DNA from: Acidobacteriota bacterium
GTDB lineage: Bacteria > Acidobacteriota > JAAYUB01
Direction of reading: 5' to 3'
Length of the DNA: 64,000 nt
Assembly (NCBI GenBank): GCA_018001935.1
Contig: JAGNHB010000005.1
Coordinates: 59,618-123,617, forward strand
Shown here: piece by piece, positions 43,888 through 52,849 of the stretch
Position numbering within the stretch: the stretch's first letter is position 1
How the letters are laid out: the number at the start of each line of letters is the position of its first letter
Translations under genes and position numbers: made by a program
Notes under the pieces: model-generated
What the model was told of the DNA's origin: nothing
What the model saw: only the letters and a program-made list of their open reading frames with translations
The model's database searches: none

Positions 43888-45822
43888 ATGAAAAAGAACC
43901 TGGCCGTTTTGTTCCTGCTCCTGTTCTGTGCCGCCCTCGTGCCCGCACAATCGGGGCCGTTCACACCCGCTGCCGCGGTGACCCTGAACATCACCCCGAG
44001 TTCCCCGACCATGGGGGAGGACATCACGGTCGAGGTTTACGTGAACCTGACCGGCGTCACCAATTCCGGTTCCACGGCGGCCGCCCTGGGCGGTTTCTGC
44101 GTCCCCGTCGCCTTCGACAACACGCGCATGCAGCTGAAAACCGTGGTCAAGGGCGCCGCTTCCCAGTTCACCGGGAACATCACCTACACCGACCTGCCGC
44201 GCGCCAACGCCCGCGGGTTCGTCACGGTGGTGAACGCCCAGACCTCCGCCGGGGTGCCGACGGGGAACGTCCACGTGGCCACCCTCACCTTCGGCCTGAC
44301 CGAGGCGGGGAGCATGCTGTTCAACGTGAACTCCGCCCGGACGGACCACGAGGGTTCCCTGGCGTCCACTTACGACCCGGGCCACGGCGGCGGGCCCGCC
44401 CTGATCACCTACAACGACCAGAACACGACCCTGAACGTGGGCGCGGGGACCAACAACTACCACCTGATCTTCCCGGCGTTCGTCTCCAAGTCCTCGGGTT
44501 CGGTGTTGGACTTCCAGGGCGTGACCCTCGTCAACGAGTCCGCGGCGGCCGCGGCGATGACCTTCCGGGCGTACGACGCCACCGGGGCGCTGATCACCGC
44601 CGCCGGGATGGTCAACCCCAACACCCTGGCCACCCCGCTGCCCGCCAACAACCAGTACGTCCGAATGGCGGAGAACCTCTTCGGCGCCTCCGCCGCCCTC
44701 AACATCGAGCAGGGCTGGATCGACGTGGAGTCGCCGGTCCACAACATCAGCGGCTTCTTCCTCCTCGGCCACCTCGTCGGGGCCTCCGTGACCCAGATGG
44801 ACGGCGTGGACGTCAGCCACATCTCCACCTCCCGCCTGATCTTCCCGCTGCTCTGGAAGGAAGCCACCCGTGACACCAAGGTCACGGTGGTCAACCCGTC
44901 CGCCACGCCGGCCGCCGGGACCCTCGAGGTGATGAACGCCGACGCGTCCGTGTTCAGCACCACCCCGATCAACGTCCCCGCCCACGGCATGTACGAGGCG
45001 ACCTTCCCCGCCAACACCCTGGCCGGTGACGGTTACTTCGACGTGACGCTGACCTCCGGCGCGGCCACCGGCCTGGAAACCTTCGGCAACACCAACGCCA
45101 TGGCCGTCCTGGCCGCCATGGACGGGAACCTGATGTCCAACATCCTGTTCGCCCCCCAGATCGAGACGGGTCTCCTCGGCATCCGCTGGTTCACCGACAT
45201 CAACGTGGTCAACCCGGGCACCGAGGCGGCCAACGTAACCTTCCGCCTCTACAACAACACCGGCGCCGAGCAGGTGACCGCCGCCACGCGGACCATCCAG
45301 CCGGGCGCCCAGCTCCGGATCCAGGCCCACACCCTGTTCGGCCTGCCCGACCCCCTGACCGCCACCAACGCCGTCACCGGCTACCTCAAGGTGGAGAGCG
45401 ACAAGGGCCTGGTCGGCAACGTGACCTTCGGCGACGCCCAGAACGGGACGATCCTGTCGAGCCTCCCGCTCATGTCCACTGCCAGTGCCAAGCGGCAGAC
45501 CTACTTCGACCACGTCGCCCTGGGGACCATCAACAACGTCACCTACTACACCGGCATCGCCATGGTCAACCCCAGCAAGGACCGGACGGCCCACGTCACC
45601 GTGACCCTCTACAACGCCACCACCTTCGCCGAGGTCGGCCAGGCGACGGTGAACATTGCCCCCGGCAACCGCTTCATCAACATGGTGTCGGCCATCGACC
45701 CGACCTTCAACGTGACCCAGTTCGGCGGTTTCGTGAAGATCACCTCGGACGTCGAAGTGTACTCCTTCATGCTCTTCGGCGACGTGGCCTCCGTCTTCAT
45801 GTCCGCTGTGCCCGTCCGCTGA
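43888..45822 (+). CDS. Secreted protein with N-terminal cohesin-like domain followed by repeated beta-sandwich-like modules
   Basis: It has a signal peptide, MKKNLAVLFLLLFCAALVPAQS. Residues ~30-170 (ITVEVYVNL...GGFCVPVAFDNTRMQLKTVVKG...VHVATLTFGL) follow the cohesin sequence pattern; this is by-eye inference. The remainder is Thr/Asn/Val-rich and beta-like. Confidence 0.75.
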   Translation: MKKNLAVLFLLLFCAALVPAQSGPFTPAAAVTLNITPSSPTMGEDITVEVYVNLTGVTNSGSTAAALGGFCVPVAFDNTRMQLKTVVKGAASQFTGNITYTDLPRANARGFVTVVNAQTSAGVPTGNVHVATLTFGLTEAGSMLFNVNSARTDHEGSLASTYDPGHGGGPALITYNDQNTTLNVGAGTNNYHLIFPAFVSKSSGSVLDFQGVTLVNESAAAAAMTFRAYDATGALITAAGMVNPNTLATPLPANNQYVRMAENLFGASAALNIEQGWIDVESPVHNISGFFLLGHLVGASVTQMDGVDVSHISTSRLIFPLLWKEATRDTKVTVVNPSATPAAGTLEVMNADASVFSTTPINVPAHGMYEATFPANTLAGDGYFDVTLTSGAATGLETFGNTNAMAVLAAMDGNLMSNILFAPQIETGLLGIRWFTDINVVNPGTEAANVTFRLYNNTGAEQVTAATRTIQPGAQLRIQAHTLFGLPDPLTATNAVTGYLKVESDKGLVGNVTFGDAQNGTILSSLPLMSTASAKRQTYFDHVALGTINNVTYYTGIAMVNPSKDRTAHVTVTLYNATTFAEVGQATVNIAPGNRFINMVSAIDPTFNVTQFGGFVKITSDVEVYSFMLFGDVASVFMSAVPVR

Positions 45823-45843
45823 CGCGGACGTGATACTTCCGAA

Positions 45844-45870
45844 CCCCGCCCCGCGGCGGGGTTTTTTTTT
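45844..45870 (+). terminator. Rho-independent terminator
   Basis: The stem is CCCCGCC / GGCGGGG, the loop is CCGC, and T9 follows. It begins 22 nt after the stop codon at 45822. Confidence 0.85.
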
Positions 45871-45890
45871 GCCGGCCCCGCCCATGGAGG

Positions 45891-46358
45891 ATGAGCGAGC
45901 CCATGAGCACCGCTGCAAGCACGACGCGATCGGACGCGCTGGACCGGGCGGCGGAGGCGCTCCTCGCCTCCCCGTACACGGCGGCCCTGACGGGCGCCGG
46001 CGTCTCGGTGGAGTCGGGGCTCCCCGACTTCCGCTCCGCCGACGGGCTCTGGACCCGCTACGACCCGACGGTCTACGCCCACATCGGGGGCTTTCACCGT
46101 CACCCCGAGAAGATCTGGACCTTCGTGAGGGAACTGATCGTTTCCTTCGGGGATGCGGCGCCCAACGAGGGCCACCGCGCCATGGCCGCGCTGGAGGAGG
46201 CCGGGAGGCTCCAAACCGTCGTCACGCAGAACATCGACAACATCGAGATGAACCTGGAGGAGACCTCCCTTACCCACTCTCTGACCGATATCTTCATCCA
46301 GGGCCCCTTCGGCCGGACCATGCCGGAACTGGCCCGCCGGGTCCTGGCTCGGGCCTGA
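45891..46358 (+). pseudogene. cobB: Truncated Sir2-family NAD-dependent deacylase (N-terminal ~100 aa conserved, catalytic His and Zn ribbon missing)
   Basis: It has GAGVSVESGLPDFRSADGLW and VVTQNIDN motifs. After these the sequence diverges (IEMNLEETSL...) and stops at 155 aa. No LHG or CxxC...CxxC segment is found in any frame downstream. Confidence 0.55.
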
Positions 46359-46605
46359 GCGCCTCCGGGTGTACGCGCCTTCTGCCGGAAGGCGCCGTTG
46401 CGCGGGACGCCGAATGCAAAGGCGAATTGGGCGGGTGACCCTTCTGGCGAGCGTCCCGCAAGGATGCCATGCGGGCGGTTTCGAGAAAGTCGATTCAACT
46501 ACAAAGAACGCAGAGAACGCAAGTGTGACGGAACAGCGGAGGTGGCGATGCCGGCACACGGGAGCGCGAAGATCCGATCGCGGCTGCCCATCTACGGCAA
46601 AGGCG

Positions 46606-46633
46606 TTGCAGAATCGGCGCCGGGTGCTATAAT
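46606..46633 (+). promoter_or_regulatory. Candidate promoter TTGCAG-16 nt-TATAAT
   Basis: A perfect -10 lies at 46628-46633, 30 nt upstream of the ATG at 46664. Confidence 0.45.
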
Positions 46634-46663
46634 GCCGCTTTTACGTTTGCTGCGAGGGTCAAC

Positions 46664-47590
46664 ATGCAAAAGGGAATTCTGAGAAAAGCCGTCCTCCTGA
46701 TCGCCGTCGCGACGGGGGTTTCCTGGGTGGACGCCGCCGAGGCGCTCCCGCTGAGCGACCTCGTCCGGAACCTGTCCCAGTGTCTCCACCGGGGAAGCTG
46801 GTTCCGGGACCGTTCCGACTACTACCAGCGCTTCTACATGGAGCGCTTCAAGGGGCGCAGCGCCGAGGCCGCGGGGAACGTCCCCTTCTACCGGCGCCTG
46901 TCCGTGGCCCTGGTCAGCCCCACCCCGAAGGGCGAGGTCATCGCCCGCCTGGTGTACGACACCGACGGCAACATGAAACCCAAGGAAGTCCGCCCCAGCA
47001 GCAGGAACGTCTTCGGCGCGCCCGGGTTTCTGGAGCTGGTTTTCTTCCCGCTCTACCCCGAACTGGTGTCCAGTTACGAGATCATGGACCTCGGCGCCTC
47101 CAGCGTGAGCGGCCGGGAAACGCGGATGCTGCGTCTTCTGCCCCTGCCCGGCGCCGAGAAAAAGCCGCTGGTGGAAGGTGTTTTCCATGTCGAGCCGGAC
47201 ACCGGCCGTCCGGTCCGCCTCACCGTGACCCGGCTCCACAACTTCGAGGCCCTGGACTCGAAACTGAAGAAACTTTTCGAGTTCAAATGCGAACTCGACT
47301 TCCGCACCCTGCCCAACGAGGTCAGCGTCCCTTGGCGGTGCAAGGGGAGCGGCTACTCCGAGATCATGCGGTGGAACGGATTTTTCACGTTCACCTTCCA
47401 GGAGTGGGACTACCGGCCGTGTTCGCTGCCCCAGTACGCCGACGTGAAGACCTGGTTTGAAAAACTGCAGGGCTTCAGCGACCCCGCTCCGCCCGACACC
47501 CCGCTCCCCGCGGACCGCCTTCCGGAGGCGACGGAGACGGAGCCGACGACCCCGGCCGAGACGGACCTCTCGGACGGGAGCGAACGGTGA
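46664..47590 (+). CDS. Secreted hypothetical protein with acidic/Pro/Thr-rich tail
   Basis: It has a signal-like N-terminus, MQKGILRKAVLLIAVATGVSWVDAAEA. The body is non-repetitive. Its stop overlaps the rsmD GTG. Confidence 0.65.
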   Translation: MQKGILRKAVLLIAVATGVSWVDAAEALPLSDLVRNLSQCLHRGSWFRDRSDYYQRFYMERFKGRSAEAAGNVPFYRRLSVALVSPTPKGEVIARLVYDTDGNMKPKEVRPSSRNVFGAPGFLELVFFPLYPELVSSYEIMDLGASSVSGRETRMLRLLPLPGAEKKPLVEGVFHVEPDTGRPVRLTVTRLHNFEALDSKLKKLFEFKCELDFRTLPNEVSVPWRCKGSGYSEIMRWNGFFTFTFQEWDYRPCSLPQYADVKTWFEKLQGFSDPAPPDTPLPADRLPEATETEPTTPAETDLSDGSER

Positions 47591-48147
47591 GGGTGATCGG
47601 CGGCCGGTTCAAGGGCCGCCGGCTCCACGCCCCCGCCGACCTGGAGATCCGACCCACCATCTCCCGCCTGAAGGAGTGTTACTTCAACATCGTGCAGGAG
47701 CGGGTCCCCGGGGCGCGTTTTCTCGATCTCTGCGCCGGGACCGGGTCCATGGGGATCGAGGCCCTCAGCCGCGGCGCCCGGGAAGCGGTATTCCTGGATT
47801 CGGGACGGCAGGCGGAAGCCTTGATCCGCAGGAACCTTCAAATCTGCGGGGTCCCGGAAGGGGCCCGGCTGATCACCGGGGATTTATTCCGCGAACTTCC
47901 ACGACTTGGGCTGGAGAAGGTCCCCTTCGACCTGGTCTACTTCGACCCGCCCTATTTCCGCGGCATCTACGAGCATGCGCTGGCCCTGGTCGGGGCGCAC
48001 GGCCTGCTGGCGGCGGACGGCCTGCTGGCGGCCAACCACTTCAAGAAGGTAGTGCTCCCGGAGCGGGTCGGCCCCCTGGGGAGGGTCCGGGAGGTCCGGC
48101 AGGGCGACTCGGTGCTCGCTTTCTACGCGCCGCTCACTTCTTCTTGA
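47587..48147 (+). CDS. rsmD: 16S rRNA (guanine966-N2)-methyltransferase
   Basis: It begins MRVIGGRFKGRRL. It has LDLCAGTGSMGIEALSRGA (the SAM motif) and VYFDPPY. Confidence 0.85.
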   Translation: MRVIGGRFKGRRLHAPADLEIRPTISRLKECYFNIVQERVPGARFLDLCAGTGSMGIEALSRGAREAVFLDSGRQAEALIRRNLQICGVPEGARLITGDLFRELPRLGLEKVPFDLVYFDPPYFRGIYEHALALVGAHGLLAADGLLAANHFKKVVLPERVGPLGRVREVRQGDSVLAFYAPLTSS

Positions 48148-49840
48148 ACAGGCTCTTCAGATCGATCTTCATCAGGTTCTTGAGTTCGAAGGGCTTCTTG
48201 TCCTTGATACCCAGGGCGTTTTTGGCCATGGCGTTCTTGGGGTCGGCCTCCAGGGTCAGCTCGTAGTAGCGCCGGGCGCGGTTCTTCAGGTTGACCTTGT
48301 CGTAGAACATGGCGATCTCGATGAGGAACTCCGCGCGTTTCGGGCTGAGTTCGGCCGCCTTCAGGAGCCGTTCCTCGGCTTCCTTGAGTTTCTGGGGGTT
48401 CATCGCGAGGGTCTTGCCCAGCATGTACTGGATCTCCGCTTTCTCCGGCGAAACGCGGACCGCCTCCCGGAAATGCTCCAGGGCCTCGTGGAACTGCTTC
48501 CGCTTGAAGGCGTCCTTCCCGTGGAGGAAGTGCTGCTGGGCCTTGTGCTCGAGGCTCTCGTAGGCCTTCTCCTTGTGCGGGGCCCCGGGGGGGGCGGCAG
48601 AACCGGGAGAAGTCCCGGGAGAAGCCCCGGCGGCGGGGCCCGCTGCGGAGGGCGCGGCGGGCGGGGCCGGCGATTTCACGGCCGAGCGCACACGGCCCGG
48701 CTTGCAGAACTCGGGGAAGCGCTCGTGGTAGGACGCGCGCTTTGAGGTGTCCTTCAGCGTCTCGTGGGCCTCGGTGATGGCCGCGAAGATGGTGTCCACC
48801 TTCTTCGTCAGTTCGGGGTTGCCGTAGCGCTGGAAAACGTCGGGGTGGAATTTCTTGGTCAGCTCCACGAAGCGTTTCTTGATCTCGCCGGTCTCGGCGT
48901 GGGGCGAAACGTCCAGGAGGGCATAATAATCCGACTGGCCGGCGAAGAGGGACAGGTCCTCGATCTCCTCGAGCAGTTCGGGGGGGACGATGATGAACTT
49001 GGCGGTCGTCGATGCGGCCGCGGAGGGCGCCACCGGGGAGTGGGCGGGCGTCGGGCTTGACAGCGTGGGCGCCGGGCGGGGCGGCTCGGTGGAGACCGTC
49101 TCCCGGGAACGGGCAGGCGCCGCCGGCGCGGGCGACGGGGGAGGGCCGGGGGCGGGGCCCCGGAGCGGGCCGGTCTTCTCGCGGGGCGCGGGGGCCAGTT
49201 CCCGGATGATCCCGAAGGAGAGGAACAGGAGGAGGGCCCGGATCACCTGTTCCTCGGGAAGGCCGGAGGAGAGGACGAGGTCGCGGAAGGACAGGCCCTC
49301 CTGGAGCCGGGTGAGGAGGAAGGCCTGCTGGGAGGAGAGCATGATCTTCGAGGCCCGGCCCATGTAGTCGGGCAGCAGCCCGACCCGCTTGTTCTGGTCG
49401 CCGATCTTCCGCTCCACCTCGGCGAGGGGGATGGTCCGGGCGAACACGTGGGAAAGGATGGCGGAGACGGGGATGGGGAAGCACTCGGCCGGGAGGACCA
49501 CCGTGCCCTCGGTGAAACGGATCATGGGGTTGACCCCGAGCCGGCTCAGGTCCCCCACCAGCTTCCCCAGGAAGTCGGTGAGGATCGGGGCCAGGGACTT
49601 GCTGGGGCAGAGCGGGGCGAGGGGGTCGCCGCACGGGGCGCTGCCGGCGTCCCCGGCGGGGTTGACCGGGAGATGGAGGGCGTCCAGGAACTTGGCGCTG
49701 ATGGAGACGAACTTCCCCTCGCGAAGGCCGAGGCAGAGCATGCCGTTGCCCTCGGGAACCGACAGGTGCCCCGTCCGGCCTCCCTGGTGGACGAGGGTCA
49801 GCGTCTCGAGGACGTCCTTGCCCGTGATCTCATTGTTCAT
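48134..49840 (-). CDS. J-domain protein with N-terminal DUF4388-like region, Pro/Ala-rich linker and C-terminal TPR repeats
   Basis: It has DYYALLDVSPHAETGEIKKRFVELTKKFHPD (a J domain with HPD). C-terminal TPR-like helices are present. The ATG at 49840 is preceded by GGAAGGTGA, and the start overlaps the lpxD stop by 11 nt. Confidence 0.8.
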   Translation of the reverse strand: MNNEITGKDVLETLTLVHQGGRTGHLSVPEGNGMLCLGLREGKFVSISAKFLDALHLPVNPAGDAGSAPCGDPLAPLCPSKSLAPILTDFLGKLVGDLSRLGVNPMIRFTEGTVVLPAECFPIPVSAILSHVFARTIPLAEVERKIGDQNKRVGLLPDYMGRASKIMLSSQQAFLLTRLQEGLSFRDLVLSSGLPEEQVIRALLLFLSFGIIRELAPAPREKTGPLRGPAPGPPPSPAPAAPARSRETVSTEPPRPAPTLSSPTPAHSPVAPSAAASTTAKFIIVPPELLEEIEDLSLFAGQSDYYALLDVSPHAETGEIKKRFVELTKKFHPDVFQRYGNPELTKKVDTIFAAITEAHETLKDTSKRASYHERFPEFCKPGRVRSAVKSPAPPAAPSAAGPAAGASPGTSPGSAAPPGAPHKEKAYESLEHKAQQHFLHGKDAFKRKQFHEALEHFREAVRVSPEKAEIQYMLGKTLAMNPQKLKEAEERLLKAAELSPKRAEFLIEIAMFYDKVNLKNRARRYYELTLEADPKNAMAKNALGIKDKKPFELKNLMKIDLKSLFKKK

Positions 49841-50861
49841 GGTCACCTTCCTGGCCATCCAGTTTCGCCTCGAGGCGGCGGAGGCGGTTGTTGATCTCCG
49901 GGAGTTTCGGGAAGAGGAGCACGGCACGACGGTAGACCCTCTGATCGGTGGCCAGCCACCCCCAGAGCTTCTTCCCGTCCTCCACGTCCCCGGCGACACC
50001 GCTCCCGGCGAAGATCATCACGCCGTTGCCGATCCGGCAGTGGCCCGCCACCCCCGACTGCCCCCCGACCATCACGCGGTCGCCCAGAATCGTGCTCCCC
50101 GCCAGGCCGGACTGCGAGGCCATCACGACGTTCCGCCCGACCTCGCAGCCGTGGCCCACCTGGATGAGGTTGTCCAGCTTGGTGCCTGGCCCGATCACCG
50201 TGTCCTCGAGGGTCCCCCGGTCCACGCAGGTGTTGGCCTGGACCTCCACGTCGTCGCCCAGGACGACCTTCCCGGCCTGGACGATCTTGTGGTAGACGCC
50301 CTTCTCGTCCGGGGCGAAGCCGAAACCGTCCCCCCCGATGACGCAGCCGTTCTGGAGGACGACGCGGTTTCCGAGAACGCAGTGTTCCCGGATCACGCAG
50401 TTGGAGTGTACCAGGACGTCGTCCCCGAGGACCGCCCCCGTGTACACGGTGGAGTTGGGCAGGACCCGGACACGACAACCCAGCCTGACGTCCGCGTCGA
50501 TCACCACGTGGGCCCCGATGTAGCAACCGTCCCCCAGGGTCACGCTCGCGTCCACCACGGCGGTGGGGTGCACGAAGGGCCCCTCGGGAAGCGGTTGGCG
50601 GTAGAAAAGGCCCAGGGACCGGGCGAAGGCAAGGTAGGGGTTTTTCGAGCGGATGAGGGGTTTCCCCCATTCCTCCGTGCGCAGGCCGACGATGAAGGCG
50701 GAGGCCCCGGACCGGTGGGCCTCGGTCAGGTGCCGGTCGTCCGTCAAAAACGCCAGCTCTCCCTCGCCGGCCCGCTCCAGGCTCCGCATCCCCCGAATCT
50801 CGACCTCGGCCCCCGAGGTCAGGGTCCCGTCGATGGCGGCGGCGATATCGCCCAGTCTCAT
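49830..50861 (-). CDS. lpxD: UDP-3-O-acylglucosamine N-acyltransferase
   Basis: The ATG at 50861 gives MRLGDIAAAIDG. It has a long left-handed beta-helix hexapeptide repeat region and a C-terminal helical tail. Confidence 0.9.
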   Translation of the reverse strand: MRLGDIAAAIDGTLTSGAEVEIRGMRSLERAGEGELAFLTDDRHLTEAHRSGASAFIVGLRTEEWGKPLIRSKNPYLAFARSLGLFYRQPLPEGPFVHPTAVVDASVTLGDGCYIGAHVVIDADVRLGCRVRVLPNSTVYTGAVLGDDVLVHSNCVIREHCVLGNRVVLQNGCVIGGDGFGFAPDEKGVYHKIVQAGKVVLGDDVEVQANTCVDRGTLEDTVIGPGTKLDNLIQVGHGCEVGRNVVMASQSGLAGSTILGDRVMVGGQSGVAGHCRIGNGVMIFAGSGVAGDVEDGKKLWGWLATDQRVYRRAVLLFPKLPEINNRLRRLEAKLDGQEGDHEQ

Positions 50862-50930
50862 TCCATGCTCCTCCCTGACGACGAATGTTGAACGGTTTCC
50901 AGCGATTGTGGCCCTCGGGGGTGAAAGAAC

Positions 50931-50959
50931 TGGAAACGCAAATCCCATCATAGTATAAT
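50931..50959 (+). promoter_or_regulatory. Candidate promoter TGGAAA-17 nt-TATAAT for murJ, followed by an AT-rich palindrome (ATAAGCC-13 nt-GGCTTAT)
   Basis: A perfect -10 lies at 50954-50959. It sits in the lpxD/murJ divergent spacer. Confidence 0.4.
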
Positions 50960-51030
50960 CCGGCGTCGGTGTCAATATAAGCCTTTCTATATTATGGGCT
51001 TATTGTCAGATTCAAGGAGAGGTGGCCCCG

Positions 51031-52638
51031 ATGGCGGCGGACCCGGAAAAGGCGGACCCCCCGCGGAACCCGTCCCAGGGCGGGACGGGCCGTTTTGCGT
51101 TCTGGGTGGCCGCGGGCATTCTCCTCAGCCGGGTGGCCGGGTTGATCCGGGACCGGGTCTTCGCCCACTACTTCGGGAATTCCGATGCCGCCGACGCCTT
51201 CCGGGCGGCCTTCCGGATCCCCAACTTCCTGCAGAACCTCTTCGGGGAAGGGGTCCTCTCGGCGTCCTTCATCCCGGTCTACGCGGGGCTCGTCGGCCAG
51301 GGGAGGCGGGAAGAGGCGAAGCGGGTGGCCGGGGCCGTGCTCGGGCTGCTCTCGCTGCTCACCGCGCTCCTGGTGGCGGTCGGGGTCCTGGCGACGCCCT
51401 GGCTCATCGATGCCATCGCGCCCGGCTTCACCGGCGAGAAGCGGGAACTGGCGATCCTCCTGGTCCGGGTCCTCTTCCCCGGGGCCGGCCTCTTCGTGGT
51501 GTCGGCCTGGTGCCTGGGGATCCTCAACAGCCACCGGAAATTCTTCCTCTCCTACTCGGCCCCCGTTATCTGGAACGCGGCCATCATCGCCGTGCTCGTG
51601 GCGGGGGGCGGCAACCCGCAGAACCGGCTGGCCGTTCTCGTCGCCTGGGGTTCGGTGGCGGGGAGCCTCCTCCAGTTCCTGGTGCAGGTCCCCGGGGTGG
51701 TGCGCTGCCTGAGGGGGCTCCGCGTCACGCTGAACGCCCGGATCGCCGACGTGCGGACGGTGATCCGCAACTTCGTCCCGGTCTTCCTGGGCCGGGGGGC
51801 CGTCCAGATCAGCGCCTACGTGGACTCCCTCCTCGCCAGCCTCCTCCCGACGGGCGCGGTGGCGGCCATGGCCTACGCCCAGACCCTCTACCTCCTGCCC
51901 GTCAGCCTCTTCGGGATGTCGGTCTCCGCGGCGGAACTGCCGGTCCTGTCCGAGGAGGCGGGGGCGGACTCCCTGGACCGGGAGGCGCTGAGACGGCGCA
52001 TCGGCACCGCCCTGCGGCGCATCGGATTCTTCATCGTCCCGGCCTCGGTGGCCCTGCTCGCCCTGGGTGACCTCGTTTCGGGCGCCATCTACCAGACCGG
52101 CCGCTTCACCCGCGCCGACGCCGTCTACGTCTGGGGCATCCTGGCAGGTGCGGCCGTGGGGCTCCCGGCCACCACCTTCGGGCGACTCCTGGCCTCGGTG
52201 TTCTACGCCTTCAAGAACACGCGGACCCCGCTGCGCTTCTCGGTCCTGCGCGTCGGCCTGTCCGTCGCCCTCGGGGTCCCCCTCGCCCTCTGGGTGCCCG
52301 GCCGGCTGGGCCTGGACCCCCGGTGGGGCGTGGCGGGCCTGACCACGGCGGCGGGAATCGTGGGGTGGGTCGAGTTCCTGTGCTTGAAGCGCGCCCTGGG
52401 AAGACAGATCGGCCGTGTGCCGGTCCCCTGGGCGTTCCTGGGCGAGTTGCTGGCCTGCGCCGCCGCGGGGGCCGCCGCCGGCTGGCTGCTGCGGCCGCTG
52501 TGCGCCGGCTGGCACCCCCTGCCGGGGTCCCTCGCCCCCCTGGCGGCTTTCGGGGTTGTCTTCGGCGCCCTGGCCGTCGTCTTCGGCTTCCCGGAAACCC
52601 GCCGTTTCCTCCCCGCCCGCTTCCGTAATCCCCGATGA
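51031..52638 (+). CDS. murJ: Lipid II flippase MurJ
   Basis: It has FGNSDAADAFRAAFRIPNFLQNLFGEGVLSASFIPVY, a typical MurJ N-terminal motif, and about 14 TM segments. The ATG at 51031 is preceded by AAGGAGAGG; GTG 51022 is an alternative start. Confidence 0.9.
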   Translation: MAADPEKADPPRNPSQGGTGRFAFWVAAGILLSRVAGLIRDRVFAHYFGNSDAADAFRAAFRIPNFLQNLFGEGVLSASFIPVYAGLVGQGRREEAKRVAGAVLGLLSLLTALLVAVGVLATPWLIDAIAPGFTGEKRELAILLVRVLFPGAGLFVVSAWCLGILNSHRKFFLSYSAPVIWNAAIIAVLVAGGGNPQNRLAVLVAWGSVAGSLLQFLVQVPGVVRCLRGLRVTLNARIADVRTVIRNFVPVFLGRGAVQISAYVDSLLASLLPTGAVAAMAYAQTLYLLPVSLFGMSVSAAELPVLSEEAGADSLDREALRRRIGTALRRIGFFIVPASVALLALGDLVSGAIYQTGRFTRADAVYVWGILAGAAVGLPATTFGRLLASVFYAFKNTRTPLRFSVLRVGLSVALGVPLALWVPGRLGLDPRWGVAGLTTAAGIVGWVEFLCLKRALGRQIGRVPVPWAFLGELLACAAAGAAAGWLLRPLCAGWHPLPGSLAPLAAFGVVFGALAVVFGFPETRRFLPARFRNPR

Positions 52639-52660
52639 ATCTTGACATCCCCGTGGTGAC

Positions 52661-52731
52661 CCTTCGCACGCTTTGCGCCGGGTGAGCGCCGGCCCGGATC
52701 CTGATCTCGCAAAGGCGCAAAGCTCGCAAAG
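52661..52731. repeat. CGCAAAG-word hairpin downstream of murJ
   Basis: CCTTCGCACGCTTTGCGCC pairs with GGCGCAAAGCTCGCAAAG. A CACGAA-family half-arm follows at ~52784-52811. Confidence 0.7.
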
Positions 52732-52849
52732 AAAACCGGATCGCCCCGCCTTTCGGAAGCTCTCTCGCAAAGGCCCGGAAGCCCTTCGTGTATTCCGTGT
52801 ATTTCGTGGTGCCTTCCCCGGTTTGTCCAGGTTGGGACAGACGAAGGGG

